64,000 nt of DNA from positions 21,515 through 85,514 of the forward strand of contig JAFRLB010000077.1 in the NCBI GenBank assembly GCA_017431405.1, written 5' to 3'. Below the pieces are notes generated by a model. The model worked only from the letters and a program-made list of their open reading frames with translations, was not told the origin of the DNA and searched no databases. The DNA is from Erysipelotrichaceae bacterium. Its GTDB lineage: Bacteria; Bacillota_I; Bacilli_A; Erysipelotrichales; Erysipelotrichaceae. Shown piece by piece: positions 1 to 10,919 of this stretch (position 1 is its first letter; every line of letters starts with the position of its first letter). The translations under genes and the position numbers were made by a program.

Positions 1-792
1 TACGTTACCTAAATACCTGTTGCCATCTCTCTTTACTTCCTGGGACAAGGCATGAAGAATACGCTGAACTTCTCTCTTTTCAGCTTCATAGGTATTCTGT
101 AACTCATTATTCAAAGGCACGATCTCAGCCGGTTCAATGTAGGTAGCCTGATTTGATGAAGACTGGCCATATTGAATGCCGGATACCGTGTTCTTATAGT
201 TGTTCTTGATCAGAATGACACTTCTGTCATTTCTCTTGGCAATGATGTCATCCTGTAAATACTGGCTGTTTCTGGCCATGAACTGTGACAGTCTTGAAGC
301 AACACTGCTCTGTAACTGCTTGATCTGCTTACGCAGACGCTTCAGTTCTACAGACGCGTTATCAACTACTTCATTACTTCTGGAAATGCAGGAAGTAATG
401 TGAGTAGCGGTAAGTTCCATGGCCTCTAAAGTATCAACGAGTTCCATGATCTCGTTTTTGTCACATTCGCAATTCTTGCAATAGTTCTTGATTTCTCTTA
501 TTGCATAGCTCTGGTCAGCTACTTTCAAAAGGTCCGCACACGTCAAAGTGGCATCCTTGATTGCCAGGGATACCGCGTTGCTTATGTCGTAGACTCCGCC
601 AAAAGGCATGGAGCCGTATTTTATTGTCATCTGCAGAGCCTGCTTGAGTCTTTCCAGATTTAACTTTACCGCCAGCTTACTGAAAAGCGGTTCAGTGTTT
701 TCGATAATCTGATGGCCAAGCGAGAAACTGCAGTAACTGCTTATTTGCTGCTTTATTTCCTTAAATTGTAAGCCATCGTAATTCTGTTTCAT
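1..792 (-). CDS. mutS2: Endonuclease MutS2, N-terminal part (gene runs off the window start)
   Basis: Manual translation from ATG at 792..790 gives MKQNYDGLQFKEIKQQISSYCSFSLGHQ..., open to position 1. Contains the MutS2-like block RSVILIKNNYKNTVSGIQYGQSSSNQATYIEPAEIVPLNNEL. Absent from the ORF track because there is no stop in the window. cvpA-mutS2 linkage as in Bacillus. Confidence 0.75.
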   Translation of the reverse strand, partial: MKQNYDGLQFKEIKQQISSYCSFSLGHQIIENTEPLFSKLAVKLNLERLKQALQMTIKYGSMPFGGVYDISNAVSLAIKDATLTCADLLKVADQSYAIREIKNYCKNCECDKNEIMELVDTLEAMELTATHITSCISRSNEVVDNASVELKRLRKQIKQLQSSVASRLSQFMARNSQYLQDDIIAKRNDRSVILIKNNYKNTVSGIQYGQSSSNQATYIEPAEIVPLNNELQNTYEAEKREVQRILHALSQEVKRDGNRYLGNV

Positions 793-793
793 C

Positions 794-1501
794 TTAATTT
801 CCTAAATAATTGTTTATTACATTTACATCAATGCCATAGCCTGTAAGGAATTCTCTGATGGTTTCACTTGAAACCTTGGACTTGCTTAACCAGTCTATGA
901 TACTCTTAATGTCTTCTTCGGTTAATGACAGTGGATCAGAAATCATCTTCTGAATAGCCACATTCTCACTCATTGAGTTATTAAGTATGGTACTTAAGGC
1001 TTCTGAAGCACCCTGTACGTACTTAAAGGCAGTATTTTCAATTACATCTTTTCCATTCTTTACCAATGCCCCATTTAATACCATGGTCAATACCATGAAG
1101 AAAATGAATGTTTCCAAGCCACCTAAAACAGCGCCTAAGATACCGTTAACTTCCTTAACGATTGGTATTTCGGTAATGGCCTTAAATACCGGCTTGATGA
1201 TTGCCAGTATGATGATGCAGACGATGAAGATAACCAAGAACCAGAGATAGTAATTAAGTCTGGTATAGACGATGTCTCCAACGTTTGTTTCAGAAAATGG
1301 CGCCAAAGCCTTTGGGTAAAGATTAATAATGCTGGCAATGCCATCTGCCAGTATCCAGGAAACGAAAATTGAAGCTACTACTCCAAGTATTCTCAATATG
1401 CCCCATATGAGTCCCTGCTTGTATCCCATGATCAGAGATACAATTAACCATATGGCCATGATTATATTAACCAAAGGAAATAAATTTTCCGAAATATACA
1501 T
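794..1501 (-). CDS. CvpA (colicin V production) family membrane protein
   Basis: 235 aa with multiple hydrophobic helices. Sits directly upstream of mutS2 and divergent from rnhC, like B. subtilis yshB. Confidence 0.65.
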   Translation of the reverse strand: MYISENLFPLVNIIMAIWLIVSLIMGYKQGLIWGILRILGVVASIFVSWILADGIASIINLYPKALAPFSETNVGDIVYTRLNYYLWFLVIFIVCIIILAIIKPVFKAITEIPIVKEVNGILGAVLGGLETFIFFMVLTMVLNGALVKNGKDVIENTAFKYVQGASEALSTILNNSMSENVAIQKMISDPLSLTEEDIKSIIDWLSKSKVSSETIREFLTGYGIDVNVINNYLGN

Positions 1502-1582
1502 TTTGATCCTCCTCAGATATCGACATTATAACATAACTTCCGCAAATTGCGAATTCTTGAGAATATGTGATAAGATGATGAT

Positions 1583-2428
1583 ATGAACAAGGTATATTTA
1601 GGTAATGATGAAATTATTAACAGGATAGTCAGCTCTTTTGATAAGGAGTTTTTTACTGAGCCACCACAATATGCCAGTTACCGTATTAAATATGACAACT
1701 GCATCATTACCATTTACGAAAGCAAGAAGATAATGTTCCAGGGCGAAAATGCCGGCATTTATGCCGCAACCTTTTTCCCGGAAAAAGAAGTGATCTTACC
1801 GCAATGCGGCAGTGATGAAGTAGGAACCGGTGACTACTTTGGCCCGGTATGCGTTTGTGCCTGTTATATTGATGAAAAGATCTATGACAGTATCAAGCAA
1901 TACAACATCGTTGATTCCAAGCAACTGACTGATGCTTACATTAATAAGATCGCACCTGTTTTGATAAAAAAGGTACCGCACAGCTTACTTATTCTTTCAA
2001 ACAGAAAATATAACGAGGTCATTAAGACAAATAACCTTAATAAAATCAAGGCCCGTATGCATAACAAGTGCTATCTGAATCTGATTGACAAGGGTTATAA
2101 GATGCCCGAATTAGTGGTAATAGATGATTTCTGCGGTGAAACAAAATACTATAACTACATTCGTTATGAGAAGAACATCGTCAGAAACATCACCTTCGAA
2201 ACCAAGGCTGAAAACAAGTACATTGCGGTTGCCTGTGGCGCAATCATTTCAAGATACGCCTTCTTAGAATCAATGAAGGCCATGAGTGAGCAGTATGGCG
2301 TAACCTTCCCTAAGGGCGCTGGCAAGCAGGTTACCGAATTTGCCCGTAACTTCATGAAAGATCATGATGAAAATGATTTATTGAACGTTGCCAAGTACAA
2401 CTTCAAGAATACGGAAGAGATTCTTTAA
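1583..2428 (+). CDS. rnhC: Ribonuclease HIII
   Basis: 281 aa with the RNase HII/HIII catalytic motif CGSDEVGTGDYFGP. N-terminal about 70 aa extension is typical of HIII. Confidence 0.85.
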   Translation: MNKVYLGNDEIINRIVSSFDKEFFTEPPQYASYRIKYDNCIITIYESKKIMFQGENAGIYAATFFPEKEVILPQCGSDEVGTGDYFGPVCVCACYIDEKIYDSIKQYNIVDSKQLTDAYINKIAPVLIKKVPHSLLILSNRKYNEVIKTNNLNKIKARMHNKCYLNLIDKGYKMPELVVIDDFCGETKYYNYIRYEKNIVRNITFETKAENKYIAVACGAIISRYAFLESMKAMSEQYGVTFPKGAGKQVTEFARNFMKDHDENDLLNVAKYNFKNTEEIL

Positions 2429-2429
2429 C

Positions 2430-3320
2430 ATGAAGGAAATATATGTAGGAACATACGAAGATGACGGCATTTACAAGATCAGCTGTAAAGCTGGTCATTT
2501 TACTTTGCCGGAAAAATTCTGTGACATTTCAGGCTGCAAGTATCTTTCCAGCATGGATGATAAACTGATTGCCATTTATAAGGAAGATGACGAACACTCA
2601 GGAGTAGCAGTGATAAACAAAGACGGTACAATAGAAAACACGCTGGCATTTGAAAGGATCACTTCCTGCTTCATTACTTACCATAATGGCAGGATCTATA
2701 CTGCCAATTTCCATGAAGGAACCGTAAGTGTTATTGCATATGACAATAATGAATTGAAACTGGAAAAGAAAGTATTCATTAAGGAAAAAGCCGGATGTCA
2801 TCAGGTATTATTCCATAAGGATTTGATACTGGTTAACGCCCTTTTTATGGACAAGATATACATCTATAATCAGAATTTTGATTTAATTCAGACAATTGGT
2901 TTCCCTGACGGTACCGGTCCAAGACATGGCGTATTCTCAACTGACAGAAAGTATCTCTATCTGGTTTCGGAGTTATCCAATGAAGTATTTGTCATCAGAA
3001 CAGCTGATTGGCAGATACTGAATAAAATCAGACTTACTGATGTAGAAACAGCCAGATCAGCTGCCATTCGTCTGGTAAATGACAGGCTTTATGTTTCTGT
3101 CAGAGGCACAGATAAAGTTCATGTATTAGCAGTAAAAGATGAATCATTATCATTGATTAATTGCCTTGACTGCCATGGCAAGTCACCTCGTGACATGATC
3201 GTCGTTGATGATAACATCATCTGTGCCAATCTTCAGTCAGATTCTGTAACTGTTATCAAGAATGACTCTTCATATCTGACCTTCAAGATACCAAAGGCAG
3301 TATCACTGTACACTGATTAA
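2430..3320 (+). CDS. Lactonase family beta-propeller protein (6-phosphogluconolactonase-like)
   Basis: Start trimmed to MKEIYVGTYEDDGIY. Motif GTGPRHGVFSTDRKYLYLVSELSNEVFV is typical of the Pgl/YbhE-type lactonase family. Confidence 0.55.
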   Translation: MKEIYVGTYEDDGIYKISCKAGHFTLPEKFCDISGCKYLSSMDDKLIAIYKEDDEHSGVAVINKDGTIENTLAFERITSCFITYHNGRIYTANFHEGTVSVIAYDNNELKLEKKVFIKEKAGCHQVLFHKDLILVNALFMDKIYIYNQNFDLIQTIGFPDGTGPRHGVFSTDRKYLYLVSELSNEVFVIRTADWQILNKIRLTDVETARSAAIRLVNDRLYVSVRGTDKVHVLAVKDESLSLINCLDCHGKSPRDMIVVDDNIICANLQSDSVTVIKNDSSYLTFKIPKAVSLYTD

Positions 3321-3326
3321 CCAAAT

Positions 3327-3354
3327 AAATGGGTGCTTACTCAAGCACCCATTT
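3327..3354. terminator. Bidirectional hairpin between convergent lactonase and trmK genes
   Basis: aaatgggtgctt/aagcacccattt 12-bp inverted repeat with a T-rich flank. Overlaps the last codons of trmK. Confidence 0.6.
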
Positions 3355-3993
3355 TCTTATGTCATCAAGCTGTTTCTGCAACTCTGGTCTGTCCAGATGT
3401 TCGTCACTCAAACTGCCTATTATTCTTTCCAGCTTTCTGGCCTTCTGACTGTAACATTCCAGGAAGACCTCTGATTTTTCTTCCAGTAATACCGGTCCGT
3501 ATTTGATCTGCTCTTCAGAAAGCTTCTGAATTCTCTTTGTTACAACAAGTATTTCATAATACTTGTATTCCTTAATGATTGTTTCATCAATGATGGCATA
3601 TTCATTTTCATTAAGCCACTTACGCATCTTATCAACATCGGTATTTACCTGGATGATGACTTTATCTGCTTTGGCAAACTTATCTTCAGAAGCAGTCATG
3701 ATGTCAATGACGGTATGATAGCCCATGCCTGCCATTACTATTACATCGGTAACTGTATCTATCTGTTTCAAGCCATCAGATAATACTGTTTCTATGTCAT
3801 TAAAGCCAGCTTCTGCAAAATTCTTTCGGCCCTGACTTAATGGGCCTTCCTTACTGTCGCCACAGATTATTCTTGAAGTATTACCCTTCTGTCTTAAGTA
3901 AATGGCCAGATAGCCATGATCACAGCCAACATCCGTTACACTTTCATTATCATTAATGAGATCTCCGATTGTTCTTAATCTCTTACTTATCAT
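3337..3993 (-). CDS. trmK: tRNA (adenine22-N1)-methyltransferase TrmK
   Basis: 218 aa, N-terminus MISKRLRTIGDLI...VTDVGCDHGYLAIYL. Lies downstream of the sigma genes, like B. subtilis yqfN. Confidence 0.8.
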   Translation of the reverse strand: MISKRLRTIGDLINDNESVTDVGCDHGYLAIYLRQKGNTSRIICGDSKEGPLSQGRKNFAEAGFNDIETVLSDGLKQIDTVTDVIVMAGMGYHTVIDIMTASEDKFAKADKVIIQVNTDVDKMRKWLNENEYAIIDETIIKEYKYYEILVVTKRIQKLSEEQIKYGPVLLEEKSEVFLECYSQKARKLERIIGSLSDEHLDRPELQKQLDDIRKWVLE

Positions 3994-4987
3994 AGCGTTT
4001 CTCCATGAAGTCAGAGAGATTCTGACTGTTCTTAAGTTTTAACAGATTACTGTTGATGATCTGCCTTACCCCCTCCTTGGTTAAGGAGAAGTGTTCGGCA
4101 ATCTGCTGCAAGGTCAGTGAGACATTGTCATCCAGACCAAAACGCATCCTGATGATTTGAGCATCTCTTTCTGGGATCTGTTGGAGTGATTCTCTTAAGT
4201 AATCCTGTAAGATCTTGGTATCGATCTCTTCCATGAAGTCAGTTTCATCAGCGATGATGTCATATAAGCTTATTTCACCATCATCATCCAATGGCTTATC
4301 CATGGAAATGGCATCAAAGCTGTAGTTAAGTAATTCTTCTACTTCCTCTACACTTATTTCCATTTCCTTAGCAATCATTTCACTGGTAGGTTTTTCTTCC
4401 AGTTCCTGTTCCAGTTTCTTCTGTACTCTCTTTAGCTTCTGTAATGTTTCACCCAAGTTAGCCGGTAAATATATGACATGGTTCTGGGTTATGGCTCTGC
4501 TTATGGCCTGTCTGATCCAATACTGGGCGTAGTTGGCAAACCTTACACCCTTATTTGCGTCAAAACGGTTAACAGCCTTTAATAAACCAATATTCCCTTC
4601 CTGAATCAGGTCGTTAATGGTTAACTGTGAGCCCTGATACTTACGGGCAATTGCCACTACCAATCTTAAGTTAGACTTGATCAGAGTTTCTCTGGCGATC
4701 TTATCCCCATTTTTTATTTTCTCTGCCAGGGCCACTTCCTGTTCTCTTGTCAATAAAGGATACTTGGAAATATCAACATAATAGGCGTTATCAATTGTCT
4801 CAGGAATGCTTTCATCAACCAGTTCAATGGTTAAGTCATTCTGGTTTATCCACACAATAAAATCACTGATCTGTTCATCAGTCAGCTTATATGTTTCTAT
4901 TGTCAGATCAATGTCTGTATCTTCAATTGTTCCCTTTGATTTCTTTAACAGTAACAAGGCCTGTTTAGCAGCGGTGAGTTTATTCAT
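3983..4987 (-). CDS. Second sigma-70 family (rpoD-like) RNA polymerase sigma factor
   Basis: 334 aa. Region 2 is [16 protein letters not shown]...DLIQEGNIGLLKAVNRFD...YAQYWIRQAISRAI. Region 4 is RMRFGLDD...TLQQIAEHFSLTKEGVRQI. Lacks the ARTIRIPVH segment of the primary sigma. Confidence 0.85.
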   Translation of the reverse strand: MNKLTAAKQALLLLKKSKGTIEDTDIDLTIETYKLTDEQISDFIVWINQNDLTIELVDESIPETIDNAYYVDISKYPLLTREQEVALAEKIKNGDKIARETLIKSNLRLVVAIARKYQGSQLTINDLIQEGNIGLLKAVNRFDANKGVRFANYAQYWIRQAISRAITQNHVIYLPANLGETLQKLKRVQKKLEQELEEKPTSEMIAKEMEISVEEVEELLNYSFDAISMDKPLDDDGEISLYDIIADETDFMEEIDTKILQDYLRESLQQIPERDAQIIRMRFGLDDNVSLTLQQIAEHFSLTKEGVRQIINSNLLKLKNSQNLSDFMEKRYDK

Positions 4988-5002
4988 ATTAAACTAATTA
5001 TC

Positions 5003-5031
5003 TAAAAAAAAAGCACTTTTGTGAAGTGCTT
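5003..5031 (-). terminator. Intrinsic terminator after the zinc-ribbon protein gene
   Basis: Minus strand AAGCACTTCACAAAAGTGCTT followed by T9. The stem overlaps the stop codon. Confidence 0.7.
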
Positions 5032-6217
5032 ATTTTAAATTAGTAACATCGATCCTTGTTGGTGCGCTGTCGACTTCGCCAATGTTGGCACTGCGTGAAT
5101 TGTTAGTGAAGTTCAACAGGTTTCCCAAAATGCTGGTCAGATCTAAACCGCTTGAAGTATTGTTTGTTGTGGTGGTAGTAGTCTGACCGTTAGATACCTT
5201 TTCCTTTAAGGTTGTTAAGGCCTTGTCTTCCTTGAATGAACCAACGAAGTTACTGAAGGCTGTAGCTGCACTCTGTAAGTTTTCTTCATCAGTGATCAGA
5301 CCAAAGATGTACTTACTGCCCCAGTTGATGTAAACACCACTGTTGGTATTTGTCTGTGTACCACCGCCAATTAATGAAGTTAACAAGCCCATCATGTTAT
5401 TGGCATTTGTTTGTTGGGCAGCACTGGTCAGATGGAATTCAAAGCCACCGACATCGGCACCGAGTAACAGGTAGTTGGTCTTTCTGTTAGCTGTGTACTT
5501 ATACTGCAACAAGATAGATTCATTGACTAATGAAGCCAGTTCAAATTTTAACTGTGAGTTGTTGAACTGCTTTGCCAGTTCATTGGCATCAGCCTGCCAT
5601 GCCTTCTTGGCTGTGGCATCATTCTGACCATAGTAGCTTGGTAAGGTTCCCTTTCCTACCTGAGTCAGCTTGGCATTTACGAAATAGCCGGTTAAGGAAT
5701 TAACGTATTCGTCAAATGCTGTAAGTCTCCTCATTGGTGTATTGAAGTACTTATCCATTGCCCCATCCTTATGTACTTCATCCTGAGCAATGCCGTTTCT
5801 GACATCTAAGAAGTTTTCGCCGCTTCTGACAAACATGGTAACGGTATTATCAGTATTAGTTACCTGTGCGATAGAAACAAACGGTTCTTCCTTACTCTGG
5901 AAAGTGTTCTGGATCTCAGCACCATATTTCCAGCCTGCAGGAATGTTGGCTGTACCAATGGTAGTCTTGGTAGCCGTATCAACGAACTTAACTGCCACCA
6001 TCTGTTTTCTGGCTGCTGATGTTGTACTGGTTGTAGTGTTGGTTGTTGTGTTATTGACAGTAGAAGCCGGCTTAACTGTAGAAGTCGTGGTTCCGGTTGC
6101 CTTCTTACTTGTTACTCTGGCAGCTGCTCCACATAAAGGACAGAATAAAGCATCTCTGGTACTGTCAAATTCAAACTCAGTATTACACTGACTGCATTTG
6201 TATACTCTTAAGCTCAT
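5030..6217 (-). CDS. Zinc-ribbon (FmdB-like CxxC...CxxC) protein with Thr/Asn-rich linkers, function unknown
   Basis: Start trimmed to MSLRVYKCSQCNTEFEF...FCPLCGA, preceded by the RBS AGAGGGAAAATAAT. The longer track ORF start lies inside the rpoD terminator. Confidence 0.6.
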   Translation of the reverse strand: MSLRVYKCSQCNTEFEFDSTRDALFCPLCGAAARVTSKKATGTTTSTVKPASTVNNTTTNTTTSTTSAARKQMVAVKFVDTATKTTIGTANIPAGWKYGAEIQNTFQSKEEPFVSIAQVTNTDNTVTMFVRSGENFLDVRNGIAQDEVHKDGAMDKYFNTPMRRLTAFDEYVNSLTGYFVNAKLTQVGKGTLPSYYGQNDATAKKAWQADANELAKQFNNSQLKFELASLVNESILLQYKYTANRKTNYLLLGADVGGFEFHLTSAAQQTNANNMMGLLTSLIGGGTQTNTNSGVYINWGSKYIFGLITDEENLQSAATAFSNFVGSFKEDKALTTLKEKVSNGQTTTTTTNNTSSGLDLTSILGNLLNFTNNSRSANIGEVDSAPTRIDVTNLK

Positions 6218-6265
6218 ATTATTTTCCCTCTTATTTCTTTCCTTTATTATAGCATTATCCATGAT

Positions 6266-6295
6266 AAAAAACACAACCGGTATTGGCCGATTGTG
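6266..6295 (-). terminator. Intrinsic terminator after rpoD
   Basis: Minus strand CACAATCGG-CCAATA-CCGGTTGTG followed by TTTTTT. Confidence 0.6.
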
Positions 6296-6308
6296 CTGTT
6301 ATATAATG

Positions 6309-7754
6309 TTAAACTTTATCTACGAAATCCTTTAAACGCTTGCTCTTGGTTGGATGCTTTAACTTACGTAAGGCCTTGGCTTCGATCTGTCTGATTCTTT
6401 CACGGGTTACGTTGAATTCCTTGCCAACTTCTTCAAGGGTTCTGGTTCTGCCGTCAATCAGACCGAATCTTAACTGTAAGACCTTTCTTTCACGGTCAGT
6501 TAATAACTGTAAGACGCTTTCGATTTCATCCTTTAATAACTGTCTGGTTGCGTATTCATCCGGTGATAAGGCTTCCTTGTCTTCAATGAAGTCACCTAAG
6601 TGGCTGTCATCTTCTTCACCGATTGGTGTTTCCAAAGATACTGGATCAAGAGCGATCTTCTGGATCTCTCTGACCTTTTCCGGTGATAAGGTTCCGCCTA
6701 ACTTTTCAGAGATTTCTTCAGCTGATGGTTCTCTGCCTAATTCCTGAACAAGCTGTCTCTGTACTCTGGTCAGCTTATTGATGGTTTCAACCATGTGAAC
6801 AGGGATACGAATTGTTCTGGCCTGGTCAGCGATGGCTCTGGTAATGGCCTGTCTGATCCACCATGTTGCGTAAGTAGAGAACTTAAAGCCCATTGATGGT
6901 TCAAACTTTTCAACGGCCTTAACCAAGCCCATGTTGCCTTCCTGGATCAGGTCTAAGAACAGTAAGCCTCTGCCGACATACTTCTTGGCAATGGCAACTA
7001 CCAGTCTTAAGTTACTGCTGGTTAAGATGTCCTTGGCTTCCTGAGCCTTGGCTGGGAAGTCTTCTCTCTTCTTGTATTCTTCATTCTTGGCTAATAAACT
7101 TGTACGCTTGGTTTCAAGTTTCTTCTTTTCTCTCTTGATGGCAGCGAGTTCCTTCTTTTCTTCTTCGGTTTTCTCGTTTTTGCCCTTCTTAGCCAGTTCA
7201 TTTTCTCTTTCCTGAATTTCATTCAGTCTGATTTCAATGTTTTCAACTTCAATTAAGAGTGTTGGATCACCATGAATAGTATAGGCAACCTTCTTTTCTT
7301 CTTCCGGCTTCAATAGTGGTACGCGGCCGATTTCCTTTAAGTACATCTTGACGTTATCACTGGTCTTCATTGAAGAGTTGTCAGCGTAATTTGCCTTGAG
7401 GTCGTTCAGGAATTCTTCATCGTTTTCATCAGAAAGATAGTCATCTTCATCAATGACGTCTTCATCTACGTCCAGGTCATCCAGATTATCGTCTAATACG
7501 ACATCTTCTTCCACACCGATATCAGGTGTTTCTTCTTCCAGTTCAAGCGTATCATACCAGTTCATGACACTGTCTGTTTCAGCATCAGTTAATTCCAGAG
7601 ACTGTAAGAACTTCTTGATGTTCTTATAGTCTTCATTTGAAAGGCTTAAGCCGCCAACCTGTTCGTTTATGACATCTTCCGTAATAGGATTACCGGTCTT
7701 ACTGTATTCCGCAAAGTAATCCTTTATTTTCTGTAAATTCTGTTTTTCAGCCAT
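6309..7754 (-). CDS. sigA: Primary RNA polymerase sigma factor SigA/RpoD
   Basis: 481 aa with an acidic N-terminus. Motifs: [27 protein letters not shown] and [29 protein letters not shown]. Immediately downstream of dnaG. Confidence 0.95.
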   Translation of the reverse strand: MAEKQNLQKIKDYFAEYSKTGNPITEDVINEQVGGLSLSNEDYKNIKKFLQSLELTDAETDSVMNWYDTLELEEETPDIGVEEDVVLDDNLDDLDVDEDVIDEDDYLSDENDEEFLNDLKANYADNSSMKTSDNVKMYLKEIGRVPLLKPEEEKKVAYTIHGDPTLLIEVENIEIRLNEIQERENELAKKGKNEKTEEEKKELAAIKREKKKLETKRTSLLAKNEEYKKREDFPAKAQEAKDILTSSNLRLVVAIAKKYVGRGLLFLDLIQEGNMGLVKAVEKFEPSMGFKFSTYATWWIRQAITRAIADQARTIRIPVHMVETINKLTRVQRQLVQELGREPSAEEISEKLGGTLSPEKVREIQKIALDPVSLETPIGEEDDSHLGDFIEDKEALSPDEYATRQLLKDEIESVLQLLTDRERKVLQLRFGLIDGRTRTLEEVGKEFNVTRERIRQIEAKALRKLKHPTKSKRLKDFVDKV

Positions 7755-7765
7755 GTTATTACCTC

Positions 7766-9517
7766 CTATTTCGCTTTCAGTAATGTCTTACGCTGTTTGC
7801 GCAGATTAACTATTTCCTGCAGGATCCTGGCCTGCACGGTTGAATCAGTGTAGTTCTTCATCTCCTGGTTTTTCTGAGCGATCTGATCATCTATTACACT
7901 GACCTTGATTCTGTTTATGGCATCGGTAAATACCCTGTTATCGATCTTGTCTTCTATCAGATCATCATCCACTATCTCAAATACCAGAGCCTTCAGTCTT
8001 TCATTTTCCAATGAACCAACAAACTCAGCAACGTTCAGCTGATCATGATAGTTGTAATAATCGACAATGTACATTGCCAGAGTATTACTATCTCTGTTTC
8101 TCAAGAAGTTGAGTTCCTTCTTGTAAGTGTCACACATCTGCTTGGAATTAAGCATCTGTTTCAATATCGTTCTTTCCGCAATGGTCACACCATCCTTGTT
8201 TCTGGTAATGACCTCAACGGTTTCAACTTCTCTTCTTTCCGGCTTTGGTGAAACGACATTCTTATCGAATACAGTCGTCTGGAAACCGGTTAAGGAAGAC
8301 AGTCTGTTTATGTAGTTTTCTCTGTCAAAGCTGTCATTCAGCTTGTTTATCTCCTGCATTACCTTGCTGGAGAATTCCTTCTTGGACGTATAGTTTGACA
8401 GGTTATACTGCTTCTGGAAATAAGTGAAAATGAATTCGATCCAGCTGATGGCATTTGTGACCATGGTCTTTAACATGTCACCACCACCGCTGTTAACGAT
8501 CTCATCCGGGTCCTTGTCAGTACTGTTGTTAAGAACCATTACTTCAAAGCCTAAGCTCTGAGCAAGACTTCCTACCTTGTAAATGGCATTTTGTCCCGCC
8601 TTATCGCCATCAAAGCCCATTACCAGTCTGCTGGTTATTCTCTTTAAGGAAAGTAACTGGTTTCTGGTACAGCTGGTACCCATGGAGCAGACCGCATTAC
8701 TTATGCCGGCCCTATCAAAGGCAATGACATCCATTGGCCCTTCCGCCAAGACCATGAACTTGTCTCTTCTGGCGATATCCTTGGCCCTGTGGAAATTAAA
8801 CAGTACTTCACTCTTCTTGAATAACGGTGTATCTGTTGAGTTGATGTACTTGCTAGGGTTATTTGGATCCAATGTTCTGGCGGTAAAGCCGATTGGATGG
8901 CCATCCCTGTCATGAATCGGAATCATCAGACGGTCATAGAAGACGTCGGCGATTCCCCTTTCAGTTAATCTGGCCATGTTGGCTTCAATGATGTCCTTAT
9001 CCTGATAGCCCTTCTTGCTTAAGAAGTTATAAAGAACATTGCCGCCCGGATTATAGCCGAACTGATACTTTTCTATTACCTCATTAGACAGTTTGCGGTT
9101 GGTAAGATAACTCTTTACCTTTACCCCTGCCTGACTGTTTAATTCGTGCTGGCAATATATAACAGATTCTCTTAAGACCTTATGCAGGTTTGTTTCGACA
9201 AATGTATTGGTATACTCGCTGCCAAAATCATACTTATAGTCGATCAGGTCAGCGACTTTCTTTACCGCTGTAACATAATCAACATTCTCGTATTTCTGAA
9301 CGAAGCCGAAGACGTCACCGGCCGTACCACACACAAAGCACTTGAAGATCTGCTTGTCCTTGGAAATGCTTAGTGATGGGTTATGGTCATCGTGAAAAGG
9401 ACACATTGCCACATAGCCGTTACCTTTTCTGATGACTTCTATGTAGTGCCCTATTACATCTTCAATGTTGGCTTTCTGCCTTATTTCATTTATGACTTCT
9501 TCAGGTATTCTGGCCAC
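7766..9517 (-). CDS. dnaG: DNA primase
   Basis: 583 aa. Zinc finger is [26 protein letters not shown]. The TOPRIM region is EGPMDVI...DGDKAG. Confidence 0.95.
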   Translation of the reverse strand: MARIPEEVINEIRQKANIEDVIGHYIEVIRKGNGYVAMCPFHDDHNPSLSISKDKQIFKCFVCGTAGDVFGFVQKYENVDYVTAVKKVADLIDYKYDFGSEYTNTFVETNLHKVLRESVIYCQHELNSQAGVKVKSYLTNRKLSNEVIEKYQFGYNPGGNVLYNFLSKKGYQDKDIIEANMARLTERGIADVFYDRLMIPIHDRDGHPIGFTARTLDPNNPSKYINSTDTPLFKKSEVLFNFHRAKDIARRDKFMVLAEGPMDVIAFDRAGISNAVCSMGTSCTRNQLLSLKRITSRLVMGFDGDKAGQNAIYKVGSLAQSLGFEVMVLNNSTDKDPDEIVNSGGGDMLKTMVTNAISWIEFIFTYFQKQYNLSNYTSKKEFSSKVMQEINKLNDSFDRENYINRLSSLTGFQTTVFDKNVVSPKPERREVETVEVITRNKDGVTIAERTILKQMLNSKQMCDTYKKELNFLRNRDSNTLAMYIVDYYNYHDQLNVAEFVGSLENERLKALVFEIVDDDLIEDKIDNRVFTDAINRIKVSVIDDQIAQKNQEMKNYTDSTVQARILQEIVNLRKQRKTLLKAK

Positions 9518-9527
9518 CTGTATCCTC

Positions 9528-10919
9528 CTAGAATTCGATCATCTTTTCGATGTAAGCTCTTAAATCGTCAATCTTGATTCTTTCCTGAGCCATGCTGTCA
9601 CGATGTCTGACCGTTACACAGCCGTCATTTTCAGTATCGAAGTCAACGGTAATGCAGATTGGTGTACCAATGGCATCCTGTCTGCGGTATCTCTTACCGA
9701 TGCTTCCGGTTTCATCATATTCAACATCGAAGTACTTGGCTAAGTCACGGTAGATTCCCTGAGCCTTTTCACCTAACTTCTTCTGTAATGGCAAAATGGC
9801 TGCCTTAAATGGTGCCAAGGCTGGATGGAAATGCATGACGATTCTTGAATCCTTATCGCCGTTTTCCTTAACAAGTTCTTCTTCATCATATGCGTCGCAG
9901 CTGAAGGCTAAGAACAGTCTTTCAACACCTACGGCCGGTTCAACGCAATATGGTACATACTTTTCATTTGTATATGGATCTAAGTAAGATAAATCTTCCT
10001 TTGAATGATCCATGTGGCGCTTTAAGTCATAGTCAGTACGGTCAGCGATACCCCATACTTCACCCCAGCCTAAGGTTGGGAACATGTATTCGATGTCGCA
10101 AGTGCCTTTACTGTAGAATGCGAGTTCTTCCGGTGTATGGTCTCTCATTCTCATGTTTGCTTCTGTTAAGCCCAGGTTCAATAACCACTGCTTGCAGAAG
10201 TTACGCCAGTATGGATACCATTCATCATCAGTACCCGGCTGACAGAAGAATTCCATTTCCATCTGTTCAAATTCTCTGGTACGGAAAATGAAGTTACCAG
10301 GAGTGATTTCATTACGGAAACTCTTACCAACCTGGCCAATGCCGAATGGCAGTTTCTTACGCATTGATCTCTGTACGTTCTTGAAGTTTACGAACATGCC
10401 CTGTGCTGTTTCAGGACGCAGGTAAACAGTATTCTTGGCATCTTCCAATACACCCTGATATGTCTTGAACATCAGGTTGAACTGTCTGATGTCGGTAAAG
10501 TCATGTGAACCACAATGTGGACAGGCAATCTTGTTTTCCTTGATGTAGTTGACCATGTCTTCATTGCTCATGGCTTCGGTATTAACTGTACCGCCTGATA
10601 CTTCGTCGATCAGCTGGTCAGCGCGGTACCTGGTCTTACAGTTCTTACAGTCAATTAACGGATCTGAGAAATTAGCTAAGTGTCCTGTAGCTACCCAGAC
10701 TTCCGGATTCATTAAGATGGCTGACTGAATGCCAACGTTATTTGGATCTTCCTGAATGAACTTCTTCCACCAGGCCAGCTTGATGTTCTTCTTCAAGGCT
10801 ACACCTAATGGGCCGAAGTCCCATGTATTTGACAAGCCACCATAGATCTCAGAGCCCTGGAAGACAAAGCCTGAAGCCTTCAGATGGCTGGTGATCTGAT
10901 CAAATGTATATTTGCTCAT
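9528..10919 (-). CDS. glyQS: Glycine--tRNA ligase (dimeric class II type)
   Basis: Start trimmed to [39 protein letters not shown] after the RBS GGGAGGG. Confidence 0.95.
   Translation of the reverse strand: MSKYTFDQITSHLKASGFVFQGSEIYGGLSNTWDFGPLGVALKKNIKLAWWKKFIQEDPNNVGIQSAILMNPEVWVATGHLANFSDPLIDCKNCKTRYRADQLIDEVSGGTVNTEAMSNEDMVNYIKENKIACPHCGSHDFTDIRQFNLMFKTYQGVLEDAKNTVYLRPETAQGMFVNFKNVQRSMRKKLPFGIGQVGKSFRNEITPGNFIFRTREFEQMEMEFFCQPGTDDEWYPYWRNFCKQWLLNLGLTEANMRMRDHTPEELAFYSKGTCDIEYMFPTLGWGEVWGIADRTDYDLKRHMDHSKEDLSYLDPYTNEKYVPYCVEPAVGVERLFLAFSCDAYDEEELVKENGDKDSRIVMHFHPALAPFKAAILPLQKKLGEKAQGIYRDLAKYFDVEYDETGSIGKRYRRQDAIGTPICITVDFDTENDGCVTVRHRDSMAQERIKIDDLRAYIEKMIEF

Noticed and set aside
200-403. 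67-aa plus-strand ORF near the window start.
   Set aside because: It lies antisense within the uninterrupted mutS2 reading frame, which has clear family motifs.
5790-6191. 133-aa plus-strand ORF rich in Val/Leu, opposite the zinc-ribbon gene.
   Set aside because: It is the reverse-frame artefact of the Thr/Asn-rich (ACN/AAY) coding tract. It has low complexity and no start context.
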